From Octopus vulgaris (taxonomy: Eukaryota), in assembly GCA_951406725.2 (NCBI GenBank), contig OX597835.1, positions 46,376,001 to 46,440,000 on the forward strand: a stretch of 64,000 bases of DNA, in the 5' to 3' direction. Position numbers and translations under genes: made by a program. Position 1 is the stretch's first letter. Each line of letters starts with the position of its first letter. Positions 1 through 11,401 of this stretch are shown piece after piece. A model generated the notes under the pieces. That model ran no database searches. It was not told the origin of the DNA and saw only the letters and a program-made list of their open reading frames with translations.

Positions 1-32
<32 letters not shown>

Positions 33-604
33 TTGTTAATTAGGAACTCATTGAGTTGAACAGAAGGGAATGGTAGGAAGGACAAGGTGTAATTTTTTTT
101 TTGAAAATCGAGTTCTCTGTCAAAGAAAGACACGAAATGCCTAAATATCACTGACTACTGAAGTTCTTTATACAAAAGGAAGCAGAGCTTATATCACCTG
201 TTCTATGTGAATGCATTACATCTTCAAACTGTTACATGCTTGGACACGGGAATGGGATACTTGTATTTGACACCGATGTCTCCATCGGATTAGTGCTGTA
301 ATCTATGTCCAAAGCTGATTCAGTTGGGTTGACAATGTATGTTTGATGAAGGCTCAAGTGCAACGATTCTTTTGATAAGATTTTTGAAAAAATATATGTT
401 CTCCGTATCTCATAATAAAAAAAAATCTATATAAAATCAGGGTTAACGCCATTTTCAGAACCCATCAAAGAAAAGCTTATGAATATATGTGTGTGTGTGT
501 GTATATGTGTGTGTGTATGTGTGTGTGTGTGTGTGTGATGATGTAGGTGGTAATATTATGAAAATACATATGTCTCCCACTTTATCTATGTGTGTGATAT
601 ATCG

Positions 605-820
605 GATATATATATGTGTGTGTGGATGTATGTATGTGTATATAAATAATTTTGTACAAATTATATATCTCTCTATATATATACATATTAATGTATATAT
701 ATATGTGTGTGTGTACATATATATTAATTAATTTATATATATGCGTGTGTGGATGTATGTATGTGTATATAAATAATTTTGTACAAATTATATATCTCTC
801 TATATATATACATATTAATG

Positions 821-851
<31 letters not shown>

Positions 852-870
852 ACATATATATTAATTAATT
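605..870. repeat. ~130-bp local tandem duplication of microsatellite-rich sequence
   Basis: GTGTGTGGATGTATGTATGTGTATATAAATAATTTTGTACAAATTATATATCTCTC...CATATATATTAATTAATTT occurs twice head-to-tail. Confidence 0.85.
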
Positions 871-1324
871 TATATATATATATATTTATTATTTATTTAT
901 TTACTCACACATAATGATAAAGATCATTGAAATGAAGAATATTATAATTTTTAATAACAAACAAAAAAGCTTCTCTTTTTTTTTTCATCCATTAATGATG
1001 AGATTAATAGTCCGAAAAATCATAATCGTATTAACTTAGTTTGCATTATATATAATTATAAAATCGTTAATGAAGCTAAGTTAAATGGTTAATTTAAATT
1101 TCTTCTTCACTTTAATGTTCTGTTTATGCCTGCAGTCATTTTGGTACACCATCGAAGAGCTAGCGAAATAATTGTTAAATGAAGACGAAAAAAAAAACAA
1201 GACAATATGAATACAAAACAGTCAACATTAAACACTAAAAGTGAGTAGAAGGATGAGGTAAAAAAATCGAAGTGATAGGTTAAACATTTTTTTTTTCTTC
1301 TTTTTCGGGATTATGTGTTTTTCT

Positions 1325-1760
1325 TTCATGCAGCTAATTGGCAGAGTCATTAGAGAGTTGGATATATCGCTTTGCGGTAATCGTTTCGGCTTTCTGCTCC
1401 TCGAGTTCACATCTCAACAATGTTTCATGGGTGGGGAGCGATAAATAAAGTACCAGTTTCGTAACCTTTGTCAATTCTTTTCTCTCTACGCAAACAATTA
1501 GCAAGATCAGCAGAGCGTCAGATATATTGCTTTGCGGTAATTGCGTCAGCTCTCTGCTCCACGAGTCCTTATCCCACCGAGGTTTCGCATGTCGATAAAT
1601 AAGATACCAGTGGCTTGACTGGAGCCGATTCTTTTCTTTCTCTAACTCTATCTATGCAGCTAATTGGCAGTCATTAGGGCATCGGATATGGTCCTTTGCG
1701 GTAATCGTTTCGGCTCTCTGCTCCTCCAGTTCAAATCCCACCAAGGTTCCAGAGTCGCTG
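1325..1760 (+). repeat. Three tandem degenerate SINE-head copies (~165-bp period)
   Basis: (T/C)GCTTTGCGGTAAT...CTGCTCC..GAGTTC recurs near 1368, 1528 and 1692; resembles the 5' half of SINE family A. Confidence 0.65.
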
Positions 1761-2114
1761 TCCAGCTATGACCATTTGGGTCATCTGTGTTCTCTTCATT
1801 CTTCAGACTCTGAATTTGGAACTGATTTCACAAAAGTGTATATATTTAACGAAAACATGAAATCGCGAATGGTGGTTGGCTGTGGCGTAACGTTTTCGCC
1901 AGTTTCGGCACTTCAGTATGACTTGTAATTCATTCATCGGTAATTTATTCCTTGGTTCCACTGGGACAAAACCGGATTTGTACGCAGAACGGAAAATGCT
2001 GGAAGTTTTACAGCAACTGATGATTGTTTTATAAAATGTGGGAAGTTGTATAACCGCTGATAATTGTTTTGAAATTAGGCAGAAGGTCAGCAAATTTGAA
2101 GGAGAAGATTCAGT

Positions 2115-2340
2115 CGAGCTGGCAGAAACGGTAGCACGCCGGGCGAAATGCGTAGCCGTATTTCGTCTGCCGCTACGTTCTGAGTTCAAATTCCGCCGAG
2201 GTCGACTTTGCCTTTCATCCTTTCGGGGTCGATAAATTAAGTACTAGTTACGCACTGGGGTCGATGTAATCGACTTAATCCGTTTGTCTCCCCTTGTTTG
2301 TCCTCTCTGTGTTTAGCCCCTTGTGGGTAGTAAAGAAATA
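2115..2340 (+). mobile_element. tRNA-derived SINE family A, LINE-tailed subfamily
   Basis: GAGCTGGCAGAAACG head, B-box GAGTTCAAATTCC, central GACTTTGCCTTTCATCCTTTCGGGGTCGATAAATTAAGTA domain, 3' tail GCCCCTTGTGGGTAGTAAAGAAATA; many copies in the window. Confidence 0.9.
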
Positions 2341-3549
2341 GGTACTTTATTTTATCTACTCCTGTGTGATTAAAATCAAAGTTGACCGAAGCAAGATTCG
2401 AACCCAGTTATAAAGAGACTGTCAAGCATTTTGTCCGACTCTCTGTAGATTCTGATTCAGGCAGCGATTTTGAAAAGAGGAACAGTCGGTTTCAATGACA
2501 TTGGTACTTCGTTGTTACTTATTTTAATGATTGCCGAAAGGATTACAGGCAAAGTTGATGTCAGTGAAATTTTGAACGGAGAGCGTAAAGCGTTGGAAGG
2601 ACATGAGATGATGAGAGAAGAACAAAAACAATGAATAAAAGAAACGAATAAAGAAGAAGAATGTGTATAGATAGCAAAGTAGATAGATAGACAAGAAGAA
2701 AATGAGAAAAAATATCGAAAGAAAGACAGGTGAGAGAGGAAACAACGCAGGAAGAAAAACACAAAAGAAAACTGAAAAACTGACAGAGAAATTCATAAAA
2801 AGAGTAAGTGGACCGTTAGGAGGAGGAGGAGGAGAGAGAGAGAGAAATATTATTAAAATTGTCTACCTTTAATGATGATAGATGATCTAATGAGAGCGAT
2901 AAAGGAATTAAGATGACTAAATAATTTTTTTCTCTCTCATACAACAGTAAAGAATTTATTGAAATAGCAAAAATAAACGCTGAATTCTAACCACAAGATA
3001 TAATTATATCATTTTAGTAAAGGTGAACACCACTTTGGCGCGCTGTGACGTGTGTCTGAGTGGTTTGGTTTTGTTAAAGTAAAGGTTAATGACTGCTCTG
3101 TTGTTTTGTAGTGAAGTAGACTACGCGGATTTGCTGTTATGATTGTTGTGATTGTTTAGGCCTGGTCAATGTTGAATGAGTCGTCTATTAGCAAAGACAT
3201 GCACCACTTGTGATCATCCAGTCTTTTCCCAATGTGAAGATAACTAGGACCACATTAGCAAAGGTGATCTCCTTCAGAAACTAAGATTTGGGGGAGATTT
3301 GGTTATTGCTTTTAGCGGGTTACGCAACCCAGCTCGCAACCCAGCTGATGTAATTTAACCCCAGGTCAGATTTATGATTAAAGATATTCTAGGCGTGACT
3401 ATCTCGTCTATTACCAATACAAAGAGAACCTGAACCGTATCGTCCAATATGTCTCTTTGCACTTTACAATCTAATACAAGGAAAATTTAGCTGCTATGAG
3501 CTGGCAGAAATGTTAGCCTGCTGAGCGAAATGCTTAGCGGTATTTCGTC

Positions 3550-4889
3550 TTGTTGGAGTGTATTTGTAAGTTTCTGTTAATTATTATATCTCTTGTTGTG
3601 CTTATTGTTGGACTTATTATTGAAAAAATTGTAGTATAGTTTTCTTTCGAAAGCTATTAATTGCCGGCAAGATGCCGAAAAGTTTTTCTTCTTCGTCGGG
3701 TGATGAATCATCGATTGAGCGAGAAGCAAAGAAAATAGAAAGTTTAATTTTTGATAACGTTTCTGATGTGTCGGAAAGCGAATTCCTGGCATTACCAAAA
3801 GTTACGAGCACCAAAAGGAAGACAGAAGAAAGGAACATCCAAAATGAAGAAAAGAAAAGCTTTGCGTCAGTAGCTGGTAGTGGAACGCAACAGCTGTCAA
3901 CTGACAAAAATGATTACTAAAATACAAAGATATGATAACAGAACGAGATGGAATAGTAAAAGAGGAAATACCAGAAGAAGAATTAACAGAGGAAAAAAGA
4001 AAATTATTATTTTAAAGACATTCTGCTTAAAAGCTCGTAAAATTGATAAGATACGTGAGCAAATAATCGAAAAATGTCTAAAACTCATCTGGCAGAACAT
4101 TACATATCTAGCCAAGGAGAAGAAGTTTGGAACCATCGTGGTAAGGCTCAAGAACGCAGAAACGGCACAAAACACTCGGTAAAATCTTTAGAGTCAGAAG
4201 ACACAATGCTAATCCCAATTTACAGGGGAATGAGAACATCAAAAGTGAGAATACCAAGAATTCCACCCGGAGTAAACCCTATGTGCTTGATGGCGGCAGT
4301 CCTGGCAAACAGGGAAGATAATATTAACCACCTGTTGTGCGGTGAAGGAAGAATACAGCTGTCGACTGAGTCAATTATAAAAATTGTCCCACCGGCAGTT
4401 TTAATGAACGAAGGTAAGAATTGTTTTCTCCCCGTTGTAGCAATAGTGAAAGAGACAGTATGGAGGACTAGGATAAAAGGATTTAAGACAGGCAACTTTA
4501 TCTCTGGCCACAATTTACGATCACTTTTTTCTTTTCATTTGAAATGGAAGCTGTGGCTGGAAAAGAGATGTCTGTCGGAGTGTACGTTCCAAAAGAGATG
4601 GAAGCATGTTGCACAAGTGTTGTGCGTGTAAGGAACAGTGTGAATAGACGGAAGAAAAAAGAACAAACCAAAAGTATCCGCGGTATATCGGGGCTTGTGG
4701 GGTCGGAGCGTGGCCTGATCATCGCTTCATTTGTATTGTCTTTGAATTGTTAATTCCATTCGATTTTTTATATATTGTATTTAAATTTTTAAAGTCACAT
4801 TATATGTAAAATCATATCGCTTTACTGATCCCATCAGTTGTTCTATCCATTTCTATGCCCCCCCCCCCCCGGTGGGCAATAAAGAAATT
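3550..4889 (+). mobile_element. Internally deleted Tx1/L1-like LINE (ORF1 N-half joined to ORF2 C-terminus and 3' UTR), inserted into a family A SINE
   Basis: Frameshifted ORF1-like segments 3672-4320 (YRGMRTSKVRIPRIPP) run into an ORF2-end-like segment (KETVWRTRIKG...EKRCLSECTFQKRWKHVA). Flanked by GGTATTTCG at 3539-3547 and 4890-4898; the host SINE starts at ~3498 and resumes at 4890. Confidence 0.65.
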
Positions 4890-5329
4890 GGTATTTCGCC
4901 CGTCGCTACATTCTGAGTTCAAGTTCCATATAAGGTGACTTTGCCTTTCATACTTAAATTAAGTACCAGTGAAAACACTGGGATGAATGTAATCGGCTTA
5001 TCCCCTCCGCAAAATGCCCTGCCGCCCTTGTGGTAAAATTTGAATCCATTATTTCAGGCAGATATAAGGTGGCGAGCAGACAGTTGGAAAGAAATGCTTT
5101 GCGATATTTCTTCCACGTTCTGAGTTCAAATTCCATCGAGAGCGACATTGTCTTTCATCATTTCGTGGTCAACTATCCATTTTATTCTCGCTCTTTAAGT
5201 TCTGAGTTCAGATACCATCGCGGTCAACTTTGCCTTCCGTTCTTTTTCGAGTCGATAAAATAAAGCACCATTCAAGTATTAAAGTCAGAGTAAACGACAG
5301 ACAACCCCCCCCTCCTCCCCTTACTATTC

Positions 5330-5543
5330 TTTTCTTTTCTAGGCAACAAAGGCCCGAACTTTTGGTGGAGGGGACCAGTTGATTAGATCAATCTCTCTAT
5401 ACAACTGGTACTTAATTTGTCAATCCCGAAAGAATGAAAGGCAAAGTCGACCTCGGCGGAATTTGAACTCAGAACGTAGCGGCAGACGAAATACGGTTAC
5501 GCATTTCGCCCGGCGTGCTAACGTTTCTGCCAGCTCGCCGCCT
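5330..5543 (-). mobile_element. SINE family A
   Basis: Reverse complement of the family A head and central domain; further relic copies at 4890-5050, 5067-5170 and 5195-5300 (+). Confidence 0.85.
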
Positions 5544-6256
5544 TTCCCCACCCTTACTATCTCTGTTCGTGTGTATAAATTGGAAACATATATTTTAGGT
5601 AGAGGTAGTTGCTACTTCTTCGTGGTCAAGTGACCATGTGGAGACTCCCACGTTCGGTCGTGGTGTTTGGTTTGGTTTGGTGTGGTTCGATATTTTAGCA
5701 AGTTCCGATGTCGACTTTGCCTTTCATCCTTTCGTGGTCGATATATTAAGCAATTCCCGTGTCGATTTTTCGACTAAAGGTGGTGCTCCAGCATGGCTGC
5801 ACTAAAGCGTCTGAAACAAGTAAAAGAATAAAAGAATACAGTTCAGTATATTATTTTTTTGTTTTGTTTTGTTTTGTTTTACAAATTTTAAATATTTACT
5901 TCCAAACACTTTTTCAGCAAGAACCTCAGTAGAAACATTTTAATTAATCTCCCGCTCGCTATGGCGCCAGACAAATTGAAAATCATTATCCTATTGCCTG
6001 AAAATTGTAAAAAAAAAAGCGCATTGGATTTTGTAGTCGATAGATTAGTGGAAAGACGAAGTGGCTTATTGTTGAAATGCTATTCGTTTCAGGTTTGTTC
6101 AATATCAATCGACTTGAGGCTAAATTGCATCGTTTACACAGCGCATGCTCATGTCCATGAGAGCCTCTCTTCTCGATTGCTTAACCTGTTAAAATTTCTG
6201 TGCTTACTTTCACCCAACCGTGGTGGTGGTGGTGGGGGGGGATTCAATGTAGTTAT

Positions 6257-6642
6257 CTTTTATTTGTTTCAGCCACGAAAATGCGGCCATGCTGGGGCAC
6301 CGTGTTCAAGAATTGTTTTTTAGTCGAATGAATCGAACCCAATACGTATATATTTCATTAAGCCTGGTACTTATCAGTCTCTTTTGCCGAACCGCTAGGT
6401 TAGTGGGATGTAAGCACACTAACACCTGTTGACAACCGGTGATAGGGGACAAACACAGACAGACACGCACACATATACGACGGGCTTCATTCAGTTTCCA
6501 TCTACTAAATTCACTCATAAGGGTCCAGATGGCTCGAGGCTACAGTAGAAGACGCTTGCCCAAGGTACCACGCAGTAGGACTGAACCCGGATCCATGTGA
6601 TTAGAAAGCAATCTTCTTACCACACAGCCACGTCTGCGCCTA
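6257..6642 (-). mobile_element. tRNA-derived SINE family B (internal TA/TG microsatellite)
   Basis: Matches the copies at 10958 and 31003: GGCGCAG..GTGGCTGTGTGGTAAG head, CCTTGGGCAAG, CCAGCATGGCCGCA tail. Confidence 0.85.
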
Positions 6643-6929
6643 TATATAGTTGTTGATGAAAAAAAGAGAGAATTGGGGCAGCCACGAGTGGAATGTCTTT
6701 ATTCTCGATGAAGACTGATCAATAATAGCAATAACTTACTAAAATACCCTTTTCTACTCTAGGCACAAGGATTGAGATTTTGGGGGAGGGGACCCAGTCG
6801 ATTAGACCGACCCCATTACGCATCTGGTGTCGTCACACATTCCGTGACCGCTTCAGCGATTCTCTGTCCCAAAAGTTTAGTACACGCGCGTGCGCACGCA
6901 CACACACATGTAGAAATATATATATATAT

Positions 6930-7832
6930 ATGTAGTTTGAATTTACGAAAAAACGAAAGACGAAGACAGATGTCTAAGCAACAAGCGGGTGTATTTAACG
7001 CTTGAGAATGTGAGAAAGTATTTTACGTTTCGAGCCAATGCTCTTCAACAGAAAGAAACACGAGAAAATAAAAAGAGAGAGAATAAAGAAAGCTTTAGTG
7101 GCTAGCAGTCAATCATGGCGATGGCCGGACAGAGGTGGTCAGACAGGACAGCTAGGAGGAAGGGGAAATAATAAAGTAGTAGTGATCCCAAAACGAAGGT
7201 GCACGTACGTGTGCATGTGAGAGCGTGTATGTGCGTGTGGTTAAGGGCTGGTGCTTGCATAGGTGTGTGGATGATAGTGTGGGTGCTGAGAAGTGGTCAA
7301 TGCTAGTGTATGCATGGTGGTGCGATGTAGTGTGGTGATGTATGGTATGTTGTGTTGTGGTTTGGTGATGTATGTTGCGGTGTGACATGATTTGGTGTGG
7401 TGGTATTGGGGTGTGGGAGGTGTAAGGGTGGGGTGCTTTTGAGAATGCAAGGGTGGGGTGTGGGTTTGAGTGGTATGTGTGGGGTAGGGGTGGTGCATGT
7501 GGGAGTGGGATGTGAGAGTGGTATGTGTGGGGTGGAGGTGGGATAGGATGTATAGGATGGTGGGTTTGGGAGGTGTAGGGTGTGGTAACGATGGAGGGAT
7601 GACGATGAAGGGAGAGGATGGAAGGGAGAAGGTGTCAGAGCAAGAGAAGAGAGGAGAGGTGGGTGGGAGTAAAGAGAGGATATAGGTGTGAGAGGAAGAG
7701 AGAGAAGAGAAGAGGGGAGGGGATTTGAGTCCATGTGGCGCAAAGGAGCGAAGAGAGAAGATTATTTCCTGTTCACAGCGAAGACGGGAGTCCGGATGGC
7801 CCCTGTACAAGGACAATCCGAATACAGATAGG
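6930..7832 (-). mobile_element. Penelope-like element 3' fragment: GIY-YIG C-terminus, simple-sequence 3' UTR, pseudo-LTR with HHR, ending at (TA)n
   Basis: Minus-strand SRLRCEQEIIFSLRSFAPHGL matches the R...E..I..L....P.GLN end of PLE endonucleases; HHR motif at 7021-7055; homologous pLTR at 37321-37572. Confidence 0.75.
7021..7055 (-). ncRNA. Minimal type-I hammerhead-like motif (CUGUUGA core variant)
   Basis: UCUUU-CUGUUGA-A-GAGC(AUUG)GCUC-GAAA-CG-UA-AAAUA. Confidence 0.6.
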
Positions 7833-8438
7833 TGTTATATATAAAGGGCTTTACCACATCCAATAACAAGGTTTTAGTCGCGCTCAGGTTATAGTAGGAG
7901 ACACTTGCCCAAAGTGACATGCGGAGGGAACGAACTCCGAAATGAACTTGGAAAGCAAACTTCTCACTACGCAGCAACGCCTGGACTACGGCGAGCTTTC
8001 ACGAGGATTTATCTTCTATTTCTAGCAAATCTTCTGACTGCGTGAACGCTTCCTCTAAATATGTGCCAGCAAGAAAGAAAGAGAGAGAGAGGGGGAAGGC
8101 GAAGATATATGCGTCTTGCATGTATATGTGTACACGTGATATATATAATTGTGTTTGTCTTTCTGTTAATGTGTGTAAATGTGTAAGTAAATTTAACAGA
8201 ATATTGGAAATGTCGTGTGAGTGTTTGAAATATAATGAACAAAACAGAATAGAAGAGAACATTTTTTTTAATTAAAATTAATAACTGAGATAATTATTTT
8301 ATCGGTTTTGAATTATCTAGAAATTTTCTAAATTCCAGATAATTCGATATAAAACAATAAATGGCAAAAACATTGTTTAAATGTCAACGTAAATACAAAA
8401 TACGCACGCACTAGCATATACGTTGCAATATATATATA

Positions 8439-8482
<44 letters not shown>

Positions 8483-8640
8483 TATATGTGTGTGTGTATT
8501 TATACATATATATATACATAATTCTTCTGCAGCACACACAAACGTATATACGTACACAGACACACACACACAAACACACACACATTTTATATGCCTGTAT
8601 ATATGTATATATGTATGTATATATATATACACGTATATAT

Positions 8641-8687
<47 letters not shown>

Positions 8688-8774
8688 CATAGGCTTGTAT
8701 AATATATATAAGTATATATACACATGTATATATACACACTTATATAAATATATTATATATATATATATATAGAA

Positions 8775-9108
8775 GGCGCATGGCTCAGTGGTTAGAGCGT
8801 CGAGCTTACGATCGTGAGGTTGTGAGCTCGAATCCCGGACCGGGCTGCGTGTCGTGTTCTTGAGCAAGGCACTTTATTTCACGTTGCTCCAGTTCACTCA
8901 GCTGTAGAAATGAGTTGCGACGTCACTGGTGCCAAGCTGTATCGACCTTTGTCTTTCCCTTGGTTAACACTGGTGGCGTGGAGAGGGGAGGCCGGTATGC
9001 ATGGGCGACTGCTGGTCTTCCATAAACAACCTTGCATACTTGTGTCTAGGAGGGTAACTTTCTAGGTGCAATCCCATGGTCATTCATGACGGAAGGGGGT
9101 CTTTTTTT
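8775..9108 (+). mobile_element. tRNA-derived SINE family C
   Basis: A-box TGGCTCAGTGG, B-box-like GCTCGAATCCC, GTGTTCTTGAGCAAGGCACTT core; related heads at ~23183, ~45215 and ~49175. Confidence 0.85.
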
Positions 9109-9125
9109 TATATATAATATGTATA

Positions 9126-9161
<36 letters not shown>

Positions 9162-9644
9162 TGCGCGTGTATGTATACAAGTTTTCATTTATATGCATTT
9201 GTGTCAGTGTATGTAGATGCATGTCATTGTTTGTATACCTGTATGTATATACTTTCATATGCGTGTACAGCTTCTATACATGTGTGTGGTTGTGTGTATG
9301 TGTGCGGCGGGGACTGAGTTTATGTACGTAGGTATAAAACCAGAAAGAATGAAATAGAGGCAGCGACTTCGAATATTAGCAAAATCACACTTGTGGAACT
9401 GGTTGAAAAGTTCGCTTCAGTAGCGCTCTACGTTAGGCCTCAGAGGTTACTCCCATCATCAGCGGTCGAAGCGTTTGGGATGGCAAAGTGTAGAGTTACG
9501 ATGGTATATAACATCCCTGGCTATCATAAGATTATTCTTGCATATATAATTGCAAGTTCAGGAAACAGTAACTTACAAATTCCTATTTTTGGTAATGGAG
9601 GAAAGCAAAAGACACAAGGCATAAGAGATATATGATCCAAGGTG

Positions 9645-9764
9645 AGATAGGTTCGAAACGTCAAAGACTTTTCCATTCCTCCTGAGCGTCAAATGAGTAC
9701 ACCTGCTTGTTGTTCCCTCACCAATCTTCGTCTTTTGTTTACTGTTTACACCCCAAACACCCCC

Positions 9765-9770
<6 letters not shown>
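9645..9770 (+). mobile_element. 5'-truncated PLE pseudo-LTR (same family as 37321) with the 3' half of an HHR
   Basis: GGTTCGAAACGTCAAAGACTT...CCTGAGCGTCA...CTTCGTCTTTTGTTTA then (TA)n. Confidence 0.7.
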
Positions 9771-9815
<45 letters not shown>

Positions 9816-9823
<8 letters not shown>

Positions 9824-10081
9824 AATATGTTACATTACTCGGTAGTCAAGATAAAACTCTGAGTTTCAGATGCACGAAGTGAAATTCCACAACACCATCT
9901 CTTCGGTTATAGCAAGATAACCGAAGAGATGGTGCAAAACAAATTTCGACACTCGGCCCATCTGAAACTCGGAATTTATCTTTACTACCAGTAATATAAC
10001 ATATTATTGTATAGATAAATTTCCTCTATTTACATAATATTGAGGTCTCTTGCTCTTTCTTTTGTTATCTTACCGTTTTAT

Positions 10082-10085
<4 letters not shown>
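9816..10085 (+). mobile_element. (TA)n-embedded pLTR-like insertion with ~95-bp imperfect inverted duplication and relic HHR
   Basis: Arms 9816-9910 and 9917-10013, loop AGCAAG; both arms read CCGAAGA-GATGG...CATCT-GAAA-CTC. Confidence 0.7.
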
Positions 10086-10143
<58 letters not shown>

Positions 10144-10345
10144 CTGACATCATGAGAAATTATAAACGTTAAGAGAACATGAAATAATTCTCGAAGCAGA
10201 AAAACTGTAAAAAAATACCATGTAAACTTTGGATTGAAAAAACATTTTGGATAGAAAATGTCGAAGTCTGCCTTCGATTTTTTCTAATCAAAGGGTTATC
10301 TGCTTCAAGATCTAGGATTCGAAAAGAGAATTAACATGTATGTGT

Positions 10346-10392
<47 letters not shown>

Positions 10393-10957
10393 TATATATA
10401 TGTATGTACTTATATGTATGTCTATTTGAACGTACGTTGGGTGCTACGATTTGGAGCGGTGTTAAAGATCTTGAGCTCAACAGAAATGAAAATAAAATTT
10501 TCGTAAAAACGAGATCAATATCAATAGTTTTGCGAGAGTTTCTCATTCCTTCTTGAAATGTTCTTTATGCATAAAAGCATGCATACCTCCCACTGGCATG
10601 AGATCGCGCCAACATGTCCATGTGCGTGAGGTATACATGAGCCATTGGAATAACGAAATAATACTGAAAAATAAAGAAATACTACATGAGCTATTGGTAT
10701 TTCATTCCCGATGACCAGTTTCAATGCAATTTCTGTCAAAAAAAACCCGTAAGTTGAAGTGACACCTGAGAATTCATAAGAAACAAACTAAAAATAGAGT
10801 CAATGCTGAAATGAGACATTACTGCAGTACATATGACCTGCTCTTCAAATAGCTGTCAATTCTCAAATGTCGTTTAGGAGTTCACATTAGGAAAGAGCAG
10901 TTATGTGTACAAGAAGAAGTCAAGCTCTGCAGAGAGGAGACAGCCATCATATGTATG

Positions 10958-11379
10958 TTTACTGTTTTACTGTTTTACTTGTTTCAGTCATTTGACTGCG
11001 GCCATGCTGGAGCACCGCCTTTAGTCGAGCAAATCGACCCCGGGACTTATTCTTTTGTAAGCCCAGTACTTATTCTATCGGTCTCTTTTGCCGAACCGCT
11101 AATTGACGGGGACCTAAACACACCAGCATCGGTTGTCAAGCAATGCTAGGGGGACAAACACAGACACACAAACACACACACACACACACATACATATATA
11201 TATATACATATATACGACAGGCTTCTTTCAGTTTCCGTCTACCAAATCCACTCACAAGGCATTGATCGGCCCGGGGCTATAGCAGAAGACACTTGCCCAA
11301 AATGCCACGCAGTGGGACTGAACCCGGAACCATGTGGTTGGTTAGCAAGCTACTTACCACACAGCCACTCCTGCGCCTA
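10958..11379 (-). mobile_element. SINE family B, near full length
   Basis: High identity to 31003-31412; tRNA-like head at the 11379 end, internal microsatellite, short-repeat tail. Confidence 0.92.
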
Positions 11380-11401
11380 TGTTTCTTGTATGTTTCTTCT
11401 C

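Noticed and set aside
232-411. Open minus-strand frame (KILSKESLHLSLHQTYIVNPTESALDIDYSTNPMETS...)
   Set aside because: No convincing splice acceptor, start or family motif
7241-7816. 191-aa His/Pro/Thr-rich ORF
   Set aside because: Only the first ~30 aa are PLE endonuclease C-terminus; the rest is read-through into a low-complexity UTR
8775-8850. tRNA-like sequence with A and B boxes
   Set aside because: Continues into a SINE core and recurs as diverged copies; a SINE head rather than a tRNA gene
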